DNA of 64,000 nucleotides, taken from positions 960,001 through 1,024,000 of the forward strand of contig CBDEUS010000002.1 in the NCBI GenBank assembly GCA_965243395.1, given 5' to 3'. The stretch is from Gammaproteobacteria bacterium (GTDB lineage Bacteria > Pseudomonadota > Gammaproteobacteria > UBA4575). Shown here in pieces: positions 1 to 10,397 of the stretch. How positions within the stretch are numbered: position 1 is the first letter of the stretch; each line of letters begins with the position of its first letter. A model generated the notes under the pieces. That model was not told the DNA's origin, made no database searches, and was given only the letters and a program-made list of their open reading frames with translations. A program made the position numbers and the translations under genes.

Positions 1-2
1 AA

Positions 3-2426
3 ATGAGAACCGGTGAGGGTAAAACACTGGTAGCGACTTTACCAATCTATCTAAATGCCTTGACGGAAAAAGGTGCTCATGTTGTTACTGTCAATGATTA
101 TTTAGCTAAGCGTGATGCTGAGTGGATGGGGGAGATCTATCGATTTCTCGGTTTGAAGGTTGGTGTCATCACGGGGGGCATGATGCATGAAGAGCGTAAA
201 GAAGCTTATGCCGCGGATATTACCTATGGCACCAATAATGAATTTGGTTTTGATTATTTACGTGACAATATGGAATTTTCTATCGAAGGTTGTGTGCAGC
301 GCGAACTTAATTTTGCTGTTGTGGATGAGGTGGATTCCATTTTAATCGATGAAGCACGCACGCCTTTGATTATTTCGGGTCCGACTGGTGAAAATTCCGA
401 AATGTATATGGCAATTAATAAGTTGGTACCTAAGTTGATTGCACAAGAAGAAGAAGAGGGGCCGGGCGATTACAGCGTCGATGAAAAGAGCAAGCAAATT
501 TTTCTTACCGAGGAAGGACATCAGCATATAGAAGAGATGCTTGTTGGGCAGAAGTTATTGGGTGAGGGCGAAACACTTTATGACACTGCAAATATAAGTT
601 TATTGCATCATATTAATGCGGCATTACGTGCACATGCATTATTTCAAAAAAATGTTGATTATATTGTTAAGGAAGGCCAGGTCATCATCGTAGATGAATT
701 TACCGGTCGAACTATGCCGGGACGACGTTGGTCCGATGGTTTGCACCAAGCTGTTGAAGCAAAAGAAGGCGTGAAAATTCAAAATGAAAATCAAACATTA
801 GCTTCAATAACATTTCAAAATTATTTTCGTCTTTATGACAAGCTTTCAGGTATGACGGGTACCGCAGATACCGAAGCATTCGAATTTCAGTCTATTTATG
901 GATTAGAGGTAGTCGTGATTCCAACTCACAGGGATATGGTCCGTGATGATATGGGCGATTTGGTTTATCTAACACTCAATGAAAAATACGATGCAATAAT
1001 CGACGACATAAAAGATTGTGTGCAGCGTGGTCAGCCAGTATTGGTAGGAACAACATCCATTGAGTCATCAGAACTTATTTCCAATGTATTAAAAAAATCT
1101 AATATTGAGCATCAGGTACTCAATGCAAAACAGCACGAAAAAGAGTCTCACATTATTGCTCAGGCAGGTCGACCGGGTACGGTTACGATCGCCACGAATA
1201 TGGCAGGTCGTGGTACTGATATTGTGTTGGGAGGAAGTTTAGATGCTGAGTTGCAGGCATTAGATGATGAAAGTAAAAACAATTCCAACATCGAAGATGT
1301 TAAAACAGAGTGGCAAAATCGTCATGATGCCGTGATAGATTCCGGTGGTTTGCATATTATTGGAACGGAAAGACATGAATCACGACGTATAGATAATCAG
1401 TTGCGTGGTAGGTCTGGCCGCCAAGGTGATCCGGGTTCAAGTCGTTTTTATCTATCCATGGAAGATAATTTAATGCGTATTTTTGCCTCCGATAAAGTCA
1501 GGGGATTGATGCAAAAATTAGGCATGCAACAAGGTGAGTCCATCGAGCATCCATGGGTATCAAAAGCCATTGAGAATGCACAACGGAAAGTTGAATCACA
1601 TAACTTCGATATTCGTAAACATTTATTGGAATATGATGATGTAGCCAATGATCAACGCAAAGTTGTTTATGAACAGCGACGTGACCTAATGCAAGAGGAA
1701 GATATTTCAGAGAACTTAGCGGCAATTCGTGAGGATGTTACTGAGGCAGAAATTAATCAATATCTACCACCTGGAAGTATGGATGAGCAATGGGATGTCG
1801 AAGGTCTAACGAATGCATTTAAAAGTGATTTTGGTTTAACGTTTCCTATTCAGCAATGGCTGGATGAAGATGACATGGTTGCCGAAGAAGAAATACGTGA
1901 GCGAATTCATGAACGAGTAGCAAAATTATTTCAGGAAAAACAAGATCGCATTGGTTCTGATGCCATGCGTCAACTTGAGAAAAAGTTTATGTTAGATGTG
2001 CTTGATCATCGTTGGAAGGAACATTTAGCGGGTATGGATTATTTGCGCCAAGGTATTGGCTTACGTGGATATGCACAAAAAAATCCGAAACAAGAATACA
2101 AACGCGAAGCCTTTGGTATGTTTCAAGAAATGCTTGAGCAAATTAAACATGAAACCGTGTCTTTAATTTCTAGAGTTGAACTGCCAACGCTTGAGGAAAT
2201 TAAAGCCATGGAAGCTGCTCAACGTGTACCTGAAAACATACAATATCAGCATGCCGAAGCGGATGATTTGCTGCATCCAGAACAGATACAAGAAGATGTA
2301 CCTCAAGCAGAAGAGCAAGTTAAACAACAGCCATTCAAACGCACAAACAAAAAAGTTGGTCGTAACGAGCCTTGTCCTTGTGGCTCAGGCAAAAAATATA
2401 AGCAATGTCATGGTAAGCTAACTTAG
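3..2426 (+). CDS. secA: Preprotein translocase ATPase SecA (5' end lies outside the window)
   Basis: MRTGEGKT Walker [31 protein letters not shown]-terminal SEC-C motif [19 protein letters not shown]. Confidence 0.99.
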   Translation: MRTGEGKTLVATLPIYLNALTEKGAHVVTVNDYLAKRDAEWMGEIYRFLGLKVGVITGGMMHEERKEAYAADITYGTNNEFGFDYLRDNMEFSIEGCVQRELNFAVVDEVDSILIDEARTPLIISGPTGENSEMYMAINKLVPKLIAQEEEEGPGDYSVDEKSKQIFLTEEGHQHIEEMLVGQKLLGEGETLYDTANISLLHHINAALRAHALFQKNVDYIVKEGQVIIVDEFTGRTMPGRRWSDGLHQAVEAKEGVKIQNENQTLASITFQNYFRLYDKLSGMTGTADTEAFEFQSIYGLEVVVIPTHRDMVRDDMGDLVYLTLNEKYDAIIDDIKDCVQRGQPVLVGTTSIESSELISNVLKKSNIEHQVLNAKQHEKESHIIAQAGRPGTVTIATNMAGRGTDIVLGGSLDAELQALDDESKNNSNIEDVKTEWQNRHDAVIDSGGLHIIGTERHESRRIDNQLRGRSGRQGDPGSSRFYLSMEDNLMRIFASDKVRGLMQKLGMQQGESIEHPWVSKAIENAQRKVESHNFDIRKHLLEYDDVANDQRKVVYEQRRDLMQEEDISENLAAIREDVTEAEINQYLPPGSMDEQWDVEGLTNAFKSDFGLTFPIQQWLDEDDMVAEEEIRERIHERVAKLFQEKQDRIGSDAMRQLEKKFMLDVLDHRWKEHLAGMDYLRQGIGLRGYAQKNPKQEYKREAFGMFQEMLEQIKHETVSLISRVELPTLEEIKAMEAAQRVPENIQYQHAEADDLLHPEQIQEDVPQAEEQVKQQPFKRTNKKVGRNEPCPCGSGKKYKQCHGKLT

Positions 2427-2474
2427 ATGTCTAATCTGAGTTAATCAGATTTAAAATCAAAATCTATATTTCAC

Positions 2475-3692
2475 ATGGCTATTTCTCTACAAGCTCCAAC
2501 TAATTTACTGCCGATTGCTGGTATACGAATTGCTAGTTCATCAGCAGGTATAAAATATCAAAATCGTGATGATTTAGTGCTATTTGAACTTTGTGAGTCT
2601 TCTAATACCGCAGTTGTGTTAACTGAAAATCAATTCTGCGCCGCTCCTGTTACAGTCACTAGAGAGAATCTAGCAATTTGTAAGCCCAAATATTTAATAG
2701 TAAATTCTGGAAACGCCAATGCTGGTTTAGGTGGGAAAGGTATTGAAGACGCAAATAAAGCATGTGAAGCCATAGCATCGCAAGCTGATTGCCAAGCTGA
2801 AGAAGTTTTGCCTTTTTCAACTGGTGTAATCGGCGAGCCACTACCGGTAAAAAAAATCACTGATAAGGTTCAAGAACTAATTAAAAGCTTAAATGAAAAT
2901 TTATGGCTTGATGCAGCAAATGCGATTATGACGACGGATACAGTAGCAAAAGGATATTCTGAGCAACTTGATTTAGATGGAAATCGTGTTTCTATAACAG
3001 GTATTGCAAAGGGCGCAGGAATGATACGTCCTGATATGGCAACCATGCTTGCCTATGTGGCTACTGATTTAAAAATCGAAACTCCTGAATTGCAAATGAT
3101 TTTAAAAAATGCGGTAGACCAATCTTTTCACTGTATTACGGTTGATGGCGATACTTCAACGAATGATGCTTGCGCACTAATTGCCACTGGTAAATCGAGT
3201 ATAAAATTAGATGCATTATCAGAGCAGGCTAAAGAAAATTTTATTTCTGCATTGAATGCTATTTTTTTGAAATTAGCTCAAGCAATTATTAGAGATGGAG
3301 AAGGGGCTACAAAATTTCTGTCCATTAAAGTTGAACAGGCAACCAATGAAGTCATGGCACGAGATATTGCATTTGCAATTGCGCATTCACCTTTAGTCAA
3401 GACGGCAGCCTACGCAAGCGATCCAAACTGGGGTCGTGTTTTGGCTGCTGCAGGAAGAGGTTCAGATGAGGCTTTGGATATTGGAAAAATATCACTATTT
3501 ATCAATGAGTTACAGGTAATTGACGATGGAGAATTGGCTGAGAATTATAGTGAGGATTCTGGCCAAAAAGAAATGCAAAAGGATGAAATTCAATTTCTAT
3601 TACGATTAGGCCAAGGAGACGCAGAAAATACTGTGTGGACAACTGACCTTTCGTATGATTATGTGAAAATTAATGCTGAGTATCGTACTTAA
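2475..3692 (+). CDS. argJ: Bifunctional ornithine acetyltransferase / N-acetylglutamate synthase
   Basis: KGAGMIRPDMATML, DGDTSTND, DGEGATK, C-terminal YVKINAEYRT; usual position after secA. Confidence 0.97.
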   Translation: MAISLQAPTNLLPIAGIRIASSSAGIKYQNRDDLVLFELCESSNTAVVLTENQFCAAPVTVTRENLAICKPKYLIVNSGNANAGLGGKGIEDANKACEAIASQADCQAEEVLPFSTGVIGEPLPVKKITDKVQELIKSLNENLWLDAANAIMTTDTVAKGYSEQLDLDGNRVSITGIAKGAGMIRPDMATMLAYVATDLKIETPELQMILKNAVDQSFHCITVDGDTSTNDACALIATGKSSIKLDALSEQAKENFISALNAIFLKLAQAIIRDGEGATKFLSIKVEQATNEVMARDIAFAIAHSPLVKTAAYASDPNWGRVLAAAGRGSDEALDIGKISLFINELQVIDDGELAENYSEDSGQKEMQKDEIQFLLRLGQGDAENTVWTTDLSYDYVKINAEYRT

Positions 3693-3707
3693 TGTTTAAT
3701 TCTTTGG

Positions 3708-4673
3708 ATGAGTGATTTTTCAAATCAAAACTACACACATGTCGCAATTGGAATTATTCAAAATTCTAAACAACAAGTTTTAGTAAGTAGACGAAAAGCT
3801 GAATCTCATCTTGGCGGCTTATTGGAATTTCCGGGGGGCAAAGTAGAGAAGAATGAATCACCTACCGATGCGCTAAAGCGTGAACTATTTGAAGAACTCA
3901 ATATTGATGTTTTAGATATTACACCCTTAATTCAAATCCCCTATAGCTATCCGAATCGAAATGTATTGCTGGATACTTTTTTAGTAAATGAGTATCACGG
4001 TAATATTATCGCCAATGAAAAACAGGCCATAATGTGGGAGTCTGTATACTCCCTTGATGTAAAACAATTTCCAGTTGCAAATATAGGCATACTCAATGCG
4101 TTAAAACTACCAACACTTTTTGCAGTTACACCGGATTTTAGCGAGGATGTAGACTTTATTAGCCACTTCGTAGAAGTTATTTCTAATTCAAAAATTGAAA
4201 TTATTCAATTACGCTCCCATAGTTTGAATGATCAAGAATATGCAGCGCTTTTAGATAAATGTGTAAGGTTATGTAATAAAACTAAAGTTAAATTAATTGC
4301 TAATCGTATTGGTAAGATAGTAAAGCAGCCAGGTGCTGATGGCATACATTTGACGAGTAAAAAGTTACTTAGCACTCAAACTCGACCTTTAAGTAAGGAG
4401 TATTTGGTCGGGGCATCTTGCCATAATCTTCAGGAAATCGAACATGCTAATAAGTTAGGGCTAGATTATATTTTCATTGGACCTGTTATAGAGAAACAAC
4501 AAGACATATCTATGAAAACACTAGGTATGGATGGTTTTTCAGAATTGACTTTATCTAGCCAAATACCTAGTTACGCTATTGGAGGACTACAATTTGATGA
4601 TGTTGAAAAGAGTATTCTAAATGGTGGGCAGGGTGTTGCAGCAATACGTGCAATATGGAATACAAAGCAATAA
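3708..4673 (+). CDS. mutT: Nudix hydrolase (MutT-like) fused to a thiamine-phosphate-synthase-like domain
   Basis: Nudix box EFPGGKVEKNESPTDALKRELFEE; C-terminal TIM-barrel motifs GASCH and YAIGGL. Confidence 0.88.
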   Translation: MSDFSNQNYTHVAIGIIQNSKQQVLVSRRKAESHLGGLLEFPGGKVEKNESPTDALKRELFEELNIDVLDITPLIQIPYSYPNRNVLLDTFLVNEYHGNIIANEKQAIMWESVYSLDVKQFPVANIGILNALKLPTLFAVTPDFSEDVDFISHFVEVISNSKIEIIQLRSHSLNDQEYAALLDKCVRLCNKTKVKLIANRIGKIVKQPGADGIHLTSKKLLSTQTRPLSKEYLVGASCHNLQEIEHANKLGLDYIFIGPVIEKQQDISMKTLGMDGFSELTLSSQIPSYAIGGLQFDDVEKSILNGGQGVAAIRAIWNTKQ

Positions 4674-4690
4674 GAAGTTCGATTTTCAAA

Positions 4691-5476
4691 TTAAAAGCTG
4701 CAGCAAGCTAGCTTGAAATCAACATTAGTGTGAGATTGTTTAGGGGTAGAATTAGGGTTTTCTTGAGTCAAAAAACGAATTGAAAATCTGTGTTTACCAG
4801 CGCTGCATTCTGGGAAAAAATGGTTTTTCTTGTCGAGCGAAATTCGAATTAGTTGATTAGGTGCGTTTGGGTCTAAAGTTTGGTCATAAAAACCATTTTG
4901 CGCGGTCATTTCTTCAAATTGTGTGCTTGCCCGTATCAATTTTAATGCTCTGCCTACACTTTCTTGGGCCACTTCAAAGGGTGACATCCAATCTAATAAG
5001 ATATCTTTACGCTGATGAAATGGTAAACAAAGCCAGTGATGGTACTCTGGTAAATCAAAATCACACGTTCCACCTGGAATTACTGCGCGCTGTCGTATGC
5101 TATTTATAAAGTCATTTTCTTTTAAGTGGTTACCAATTTGTCCACGAACAGTATGTAGTTTATCGAATACTTTTTTATGTTTTGACAAAATTTCATTTAG
5201 TTTTTCAGTGTTGAGTTTAGGTTTACTTGCAAGTTGCTCTAACGCGTCAATTTGTCGTTTAAGTTCTTTCAAAAGTTCTTGTTTAAGGTCGCCACGTGAA
5301 ACTAAGCTTAAGATTTCAATTAAACTCAATAACGCCATGTGAGAATCTGAACTGGTATCTTGTTTAGCAAAAAAACAAAATCGGTAAGTCAATTGCTCAT
5401 AGCGTAGAAAAGTTCGCATTCTCTCGTTGAGAGGCTGCTCATAGCATATCTCATCTGTTTCTACATTATCGCTCAT
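4691..5476 (-). CDS. zapD: Cell division protein ZapD
   Basis: YEQPLNERMRTFLR, IRQRAVIPGGTCDFDLP, SAGKHRFSIRF; downstream of coaE. Confidence 0.95.
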   Translation of the reverse strand: MSDNVETDEICYEQPLNERMRTFLRYEQLTYRFCFFAKQDTSSDSHMALLSLIEILSLVSRGDLKQELLKELKRQIDALEQLASKPKLNTEKLNEILSKHKKVFDKLHTVRGQIGNHLKENDFINSIRQRAVIPGGTCDFDLPEYHHWLCLPFHQRKDILLDWMSPFEVAQESVGRALKLIRASTQFEEMTAQNGFYDQTLDPNAPNQLIRISLDKKNHFFPECSAGKHRFSIRFLTQENPNSTPKQSHTNVDFKLACCSF

Positions 5477-5487
5477 GGTTGATTTGA

Positions 5488-6081
5488 TTACATATTGAAC
5501 TGCGAGTACTTTTTATGTAATTCCCTGACTTTTTCTTTTATTTCTTCAATACTACCACTATTTTCGATCACATCATCAGCCGATGATAATCGAGTATTTC
5601 GGTCTACTTGAGTTGCGATAATGTTTTTAACATGTGACTCATCGCATTGATCACGCTTCATAACACGTGAGATTTGTTCTTCGACAGAACAATCTACAAC
5701 TAAGATTCTGTCCAAGAAATTAGTACGTTTAGTCTCTAATAATAATGGAATCACAACAATACAGTAATCTGTTTTGAGTTTGCTGATTTTGCGTTGAATT
5801 TCATTATAGACAAGTGGATGCAAGATGTTTTCTAGTTTAGTACGAAGGCTTGGTTCTGAGAATATTGCTTGTCTAAGCTGATCTCTTAAGAGTTGATTGT
5901 TATTGTCTACAAATTCATTCCCTAATTTTGAACCTATTTCATCAATTACCTGCTGGCTCTCAGTCAGCTCTTTAGAAATGACGTCAGCATCAATAATCGG
6001 AGTATTAAATAGTTGATGAAATAGATTTGATACCAGGCTTTTCCCGCAGCCAATTCCGCCTGTTAGACCTACAACCAGCAT
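5488..6081 (-). CDS. coaE: Dephospho-CoA kinase
   Basis: GLTGGIGCGKS P-loop, IIDAD, LENILHP; pilD-coaE-zapD synteny. Confidence 0.96.
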   Translation of the reverse strand: MLVVGLTGGIGCGKSLVSNLFHQLFNTPIIDADVISKELTESQQVIDEIGSKLGNEFVDNNNQLLRDQLRQAIFSEPSLRTKLENILHPLVYNEIQRKISKLKTDYCIVVIPLLLETKRTNFLDRILVVDCSVEEQISRVMKRDQCDESHVKNIIATQVDRNTRLSSADDVIENSGSIEEIKEKVRELHKKYSQFNM

Positions 6082-6097
6082 TGTTTGTTAAAGGCTT

Positions 6098-6958
6098 TTA
6101 TAGAGTTTTATCTAGATACAATGATATTAGTTGGTTACCGTATAACATTGTGACCCATCCTGCTACTGCTAGATAAGGGCCAAATGGGATGGGCTGGCTA
6201 CGTTCTTGAAGTTTGCTTACGATCATAATAATTCCAAATATAGCGCCAACAGCTGAGGATAATAAAATTATTAATGGCAGGCTTTGCCAACCTAACCACG
6301 CACCGAGTGCGGCGAGCAGTTTAAAGTCACCATAGCCCATGCCTTCTTTACCAGTGATAAGCTTGAATAAGTGAAATACTGACCACAAAGCTAAATAGCC
6401 AAAAATTGCACCTAAGACACTTGAGTTTAGATCTGTGTAAGTTGTAAATAAATTAAAACTAACCCCTAGCCATAGTAGCGGTAGGGTTAAATTATCTGGC
6501 AACAATTGAGTTTTAATATCAATTCCACTTAGTGCAATCAGGTACCAGGTAAGTATTACCCCTCCCAACCCTTGCCAGCTGAACCCAAATTTCCAAATAA
6601 CGACAGTTGTTAGAACTGCAGTAAGAAACTCAATACAAGGATATTGTGCCGAAATTTTTATACCGCAGTTGCTGCATTTACCTTTAAGAAATAAATAACT
6701 AATGATAGGTATATTTTCGATTGCCTTAATTTGGTGATTGCAGGCAGGGCAGTGTGACCTGGGTACGCTGAGATTATATTTAGGTAATGCTGATGGCTCT
6801 GCGTCTGGTGTTAAAAGTTCTTGGCATTCGCTTTTCCACTGACGTTCTAATATCACTGGGATGCGGTGTATCACAACGTTTAAAAAGCTGCCAATAAATG
6901 CGCCGATAATAAAACTATAAACAAGTAATAACGTTGTATTACCTGCTATATAATTTAT
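6098..6958 (-). CDS. pilD: Type IV prepilin peptidase / N-methyltransferase (start uncertain; conserved sequence extends upstream of the GTG at 6874)
   Basis: SHCPAC...KCSNC zinc site, IDxxTQLLPD, GMGYGDFKL, PFGPYL; upstream in-frame IGSFLNVVIHR read manually. Confidence 0.93.
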   Translation of the reverse strand: MNYIAGNTTLLLVYSFIIGAFIGSFLNVVIHRIPVILERQWKSECQELLTPDAEPSALPKYNLSVPRSHCPACNHQIKAIENIPIISYLFLKGKCSNCGIKISAQYPCIEFLTAVLTTVVIWKFGFSWQGLGGVILTWYLIALSGIDIKTQLLPDNLTLPLLWLGVSFNLFTTYTDLNSSVLGAIFGYLALWSVFHLFKLITGKEGMGYGDFKLLAALGAWLGWQSLPLIILLSSAVGAIFGIIMIVSKLQERSQPIPFGPYLAVAGWVTMLYGNQLISLYLDKTL

Positions 6959-7015
6959 TACAGTGCTGTCAAAAAAGTCTAAGATAGTATGACTAACTAT
7001 TGGTTTTTGAAAATT

Positions 7016-8242
7016 TTATACTACCGCTCCAAGCTTGAAGATTGGCAAATACATAGCGATAACTAGTCCACCAACTACTACACCAAGAATAGCCATAATG
7101 AGTGGCTCTAGAAGGCTGCTTAAACCATCAACTAGGTTATCTACTTCTTGCTCATAAAAATCAGCCACCTTGCTTAACATTTCATCCAACGAACCTGATT
7201 CTTCACCAATCGCTACCATCTGCACTACCATATTTGGGAATAGACCAGTTGATCGCATGCTTTGTTGTAGCTGTGTACCTGTAGCTACTTCGTCTTTCAT
7301 ACGTAAAGTCGCTTCTTGGAAAATCGCATTGCCTGTTGCACCTGCAACCGATTCCATTGCTTCAACTAGCGGGACACCTGCAGCAAACATGGTCGCTAAA
7401 GTTCGTGCAAATCGGGCTATTGCGGATTTTTCAAGTATTTGGCCAATGACTGGAATTTTAAGTGAGAATTTATCTAATCCACGTCTAAATGATGGAGAAC
7501 GACTTTTAGCATTAATGAATGCAAATATAATTACACCGACACCAAATAAAACCATCCACCAGTAGTTTTGCATGAATTCAGACAAGTTAATTACCATTTG
7601 TGTGAATGCTGGCAGATCTGCACCAAATCCTACGAATAACTCTTGAAACTGTGGAACTACGAATAACAAAAGAATACCAGATACTATAAAAGCTACTACT
7701 AAAACAGCTGTAGGGTAAAATAATGCTTTTTTAACCTTGCCTTTTAATTCTTCAGTTTTCTCTTTGTAGGTAGCAATTTTGTCAAGTAGTGTTTCCAGCG
7801 CACCTGATTGTTCGCCTGCATCTACCAAATTACAAAATAAGTCATCAAAATATTTTGGGTGCTTCTCAAGCGAGTGAGATAGGGCAGTGCCTGATTCAAC
7901 ATCATTTTTAATATTCATGATGAGGTCTTGCATTGCTGGTTTTTCATGGCCTCTACCAATAATTTCAAAAGCTTGAACGAGAGGTACACCAGCAGTCATC
8001 ATGGTCGCGAGTTGTCTTGAAAATATGGCAATATCTTTTGGAATTATTTTCTTACCTCTCCCGCCCAATAATGGTTTTGGTTTTTTCTTAACCTTAAGGG
8101 GATTGATGCCCTGCCTGCGAAGGTCTGCTTTTAATAGTATTTCATTGGAAGCTTGAGCTTCACCTTTAACTCGTGTGCCTTTGCGATCAACACCTTCCCA
8201 AACAAAAACGGTAGGTTGTGCAGTAGCTGTTGCAGTAGCCAT
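7016..8242 (-). CDS. pilC: Type IV pilus inner-membrane platform protein
   Basis: Two T2SSF-type repeats: FSRQLATMMTAGVPL, GEQSGAL, GEESGSLDEML, AMYLPIF. Confidence 0.97.
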   Translation of the reverse strand: MATATATAQPTVFVWEGVDRKGTRVKGEAQASNEILLKADLRRQGINPLKVKKKPKPLLGGRGKKIIPKDIAIFSRQLATMMTAGVPLVQAFEIIGRGHEKPAMQDLIMNIKNDVESGTALSHSLEKHPKYFDDLFCNLVDAGEQSGALETLLDKIATYKEKTEELKGKVKKALFYPTAVLVVAFIVSGILLLFVVPQFQELFVGFGADLPAFTQMVINLSEFMQNYWWMVLFGVGVIIFAFINAKSRSPSFRRGLDKFSLKIPVIGQILEKSAIARFARTLATMFAAGVPLVEAMESVAGATGNAIFQEATLRMKDEVATGTQLQQSMRSTGLFPNMVVQMVAIGEESGSLDEMLSKVADFYEQEVDNLVDGLSSLLEPLIMAILGVVVGGLVIAMYLPIFKLGAVV

Positions 8243-8246
8243 AAAT

Positions 8247-9965
8247 TTAGTCCTTTGTAACTCTATTTAATTCTTCAAGACTGAGTATTCCTTCACGTAC
8301 TTTGTTTAGCCCAGAAGCTCGTAAATCATTAAAACTTTCTTTCTTAGCTTGTTCAGCAAGTTGCATGGAATTACCATTTTCCATAATCAACGTCCCCATT
8401 TCCTCTGAAATTGATAGAACTTGAAAAATACCTGAACGCCCTTTATATCCTGTATTGTTGCATTGTTCACATCCACCTGCTTTATAGATTTTTAAATCAC
8501 CCAGTTCAGATTCTAAAAACCCTTCCTCAATCAATGCCTCTTTCGGCACATCATCTACCACTTTACATGGTTCACATAAGCGGCGTGCAAGTCGTTGCGC
8601 AATAATTAGTGTTACTGCAGATGCGATGTTATACGGCGGGACCCCCATATTAGCCAATCTAGTAAGTGTCTGAGGAGCATCATTAGTATGCAACGTGGAA
8701 AGGACTAAGTGGCCTGTTTGCGCTGCTTTAATAGCAATTTCTGCAGTTTCAAGGTCTCGAATCTCACCTACCATAATAATATCTGGATCTTGCCGAAGAA
8801 ATGCCCGCAGCGCCGAAGCAAAAGTAAGTCCTACTTTTGGATTTACGTTTACTTGGTTTACGCCTGGCATATTAATTTCAGCCGGATCTTCTGCAGTCGA
8901 AATGTTTCTATCAGCAGTGTTTAATATATTTAGACCTGTATAAAGTGAGACGGTCTTACCACTACCAGTGGGACCGGTAACTAAAATTAACCCATATGGT
9001 TTTGATAAAGCGCTTAGGTAAAGTTGTTTTTGATCTTCTTCATAGCCGAGAGCATCAATTCCCAATGTCGCGCTTGTAGGATCTAAGATACGTAATACAA
9101 TTTTTTCGCCAAATAATGTGGGGCATGTATTTACACGAAAATCAATGGCGCGCTTTTTTGAGAGTTGCATTTTAATGCGACCGTCTTGAGGTATACGTCG
9201 TTCAGAAATATCCAAGCGAGACATCACTTTTAAACGTGCCGAAATTCTGGGAGCTAGGTTTGTAGGAGGATTTGCAATTTCTTCTAATACGCCATCAACA
9301 CGGAATCGTACTCGATAAACTTTCTCATATGGCTCAAAGTGTATATCCGAAGCTTTTTTATTAATCGCATCTAGTAAGACTTTATTAACAAATCTAACAA
9401 TTGGTGTGTCATCAACATCTGAATCACCGCCATCATCTAAATCTTCTTCTCCTCCGCTAACTTCTAAATTATCTAGATCATCATCTAGTAAACCTTCCAT
9501 GTCGAGCGACTTATCGCCTAGTTCAAGTGCTTTTTCAATTACACTTTCTAGTTTGTCTTCTTCTACTAGTACAGCTTCAGTTGTAATTCCTGTATTGAAT
9601 TTAAATTCATCCAACGCAGCTAAGTTCATTGGATCAGAAATCGCTACAAATAATCGATTACCTCTTTTTTGCACAGGTAGCGCATGATGTTGGCGAATGA
9701 GTTTTTCAGGAACGATACTGCTTGGCAATGATTCCAGATCAAGTGTATTAATGTTTAAAAGAGGAATGCCAAATTCATTTGATGCAGAATGTGCCAGATC
9801 GCTAGCGTCTACTAAATCATTTTTTACAAGATAAGTAGTGAGAGCAATACCATTATCATGTGCCTCTTTTTGGGCATTAGCAGCGTCCTGTTCTGAGATA
9901 AACCCGTCATTGATGAGTCTTCTAGAAAGCCCACTTATTCTGATTGTAGAGGCGGCTGTTGCCAT
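8247..9965 (-). CDS. pilB: Type IV-A pilus assembly ATPase
   Basis: ASDIHFEP, GPTGSGKT, LRQDPDIIMVGEIRD, tetracysteine motif. Confidence 0.98.
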   Translation of the reverse strand: MATAASTIRISGLSRRLINDGFISEQDAANAQKEAHDNGIALTTYLVKNDLVDASDLAHSASNEFGIPLLNINTLDLESLPSSIVPEKLIRQHHALPVQKRGNRLFVAISDPMNLAALDEFKFNTGITTEAVLVEEDKLESVIEKALELGDKSLDMEGLLDDDLDNLEVSGGEEDLDDGGDSDVDDTPIVRFVNKVLLDAINKKASDIHFEPYEKVYRVRFRVDGVLEEIANPPTNLAPRISARLKVMSRLDISERRIPQDGRIKMQLSKKRAIDFRVNTCPTLFGEKIVLRILDPTSATLGIDALGYEEDQKQLYLSALSKPYGLILVTGPTGSGKTVSLYTGLNILNTADRNISTAEDPAEINMPGVNQVNVNPKVGLTFASALRAFLRQDPDIIMVGEIRDLETAEIAIKAAQTGHLVLSTLHTNDAPQTLTRLANMGVPPYNIASAVTLIIAQRLARRLCEPCKVVDDVPKEALIEEGFLESELGDLKIYKAGGCEQCNNTGYKGRSGIFQVLSISEEMGTLIMENGNSMQLAEQAKKESFNDLRASGLNKVREGILSLEELNRVTKD

Positions 9966-10397
9966 TGGGTATTTTGTGCTGAAAGTCGAGTAATTATCTG
10001 AATTTATACATGTTATCGGAAAGTATTAGCATGTCAAACTGTAGCGCACTTTAAGCCGCTAGAGTGCTCGGTATGCGGGATAACCGTGATTAAAAAAGCA
10101 TTGTATTTTGTGGTGAATCTACAAATTTACCTTAATAAACCCGAGTGGTATATAAATTAGGATAACTGGCATTTTTTGCCAAATAGTTAAATTTAGATGG
10201 CGATCAAATGTCTGAACAATAGTCCAAGCTTTGAAGACTAAATCCAACCGCCAATGGCCTAATAAATTTTAATTTAGCATAGCTACTTAGATCTGCATTA
10301 TTAGAACGGTTTTGCTATTCACATACAGCTTTAGTGAATGTAATAAAATATTCCACGAATCTAACCATGTCGAAAATTATTATTAATAATTTATTGT

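Noticed and set aside
3708-4673. Nudix-ThiE-like fusion as a novelty
   Set aside because: A common, known fusion at the secA-argJ locus of many proteobacteria
4674-4690. Absence of yacG after zapD
   Set aside because: Loss of this small accessory gene is unremarkable
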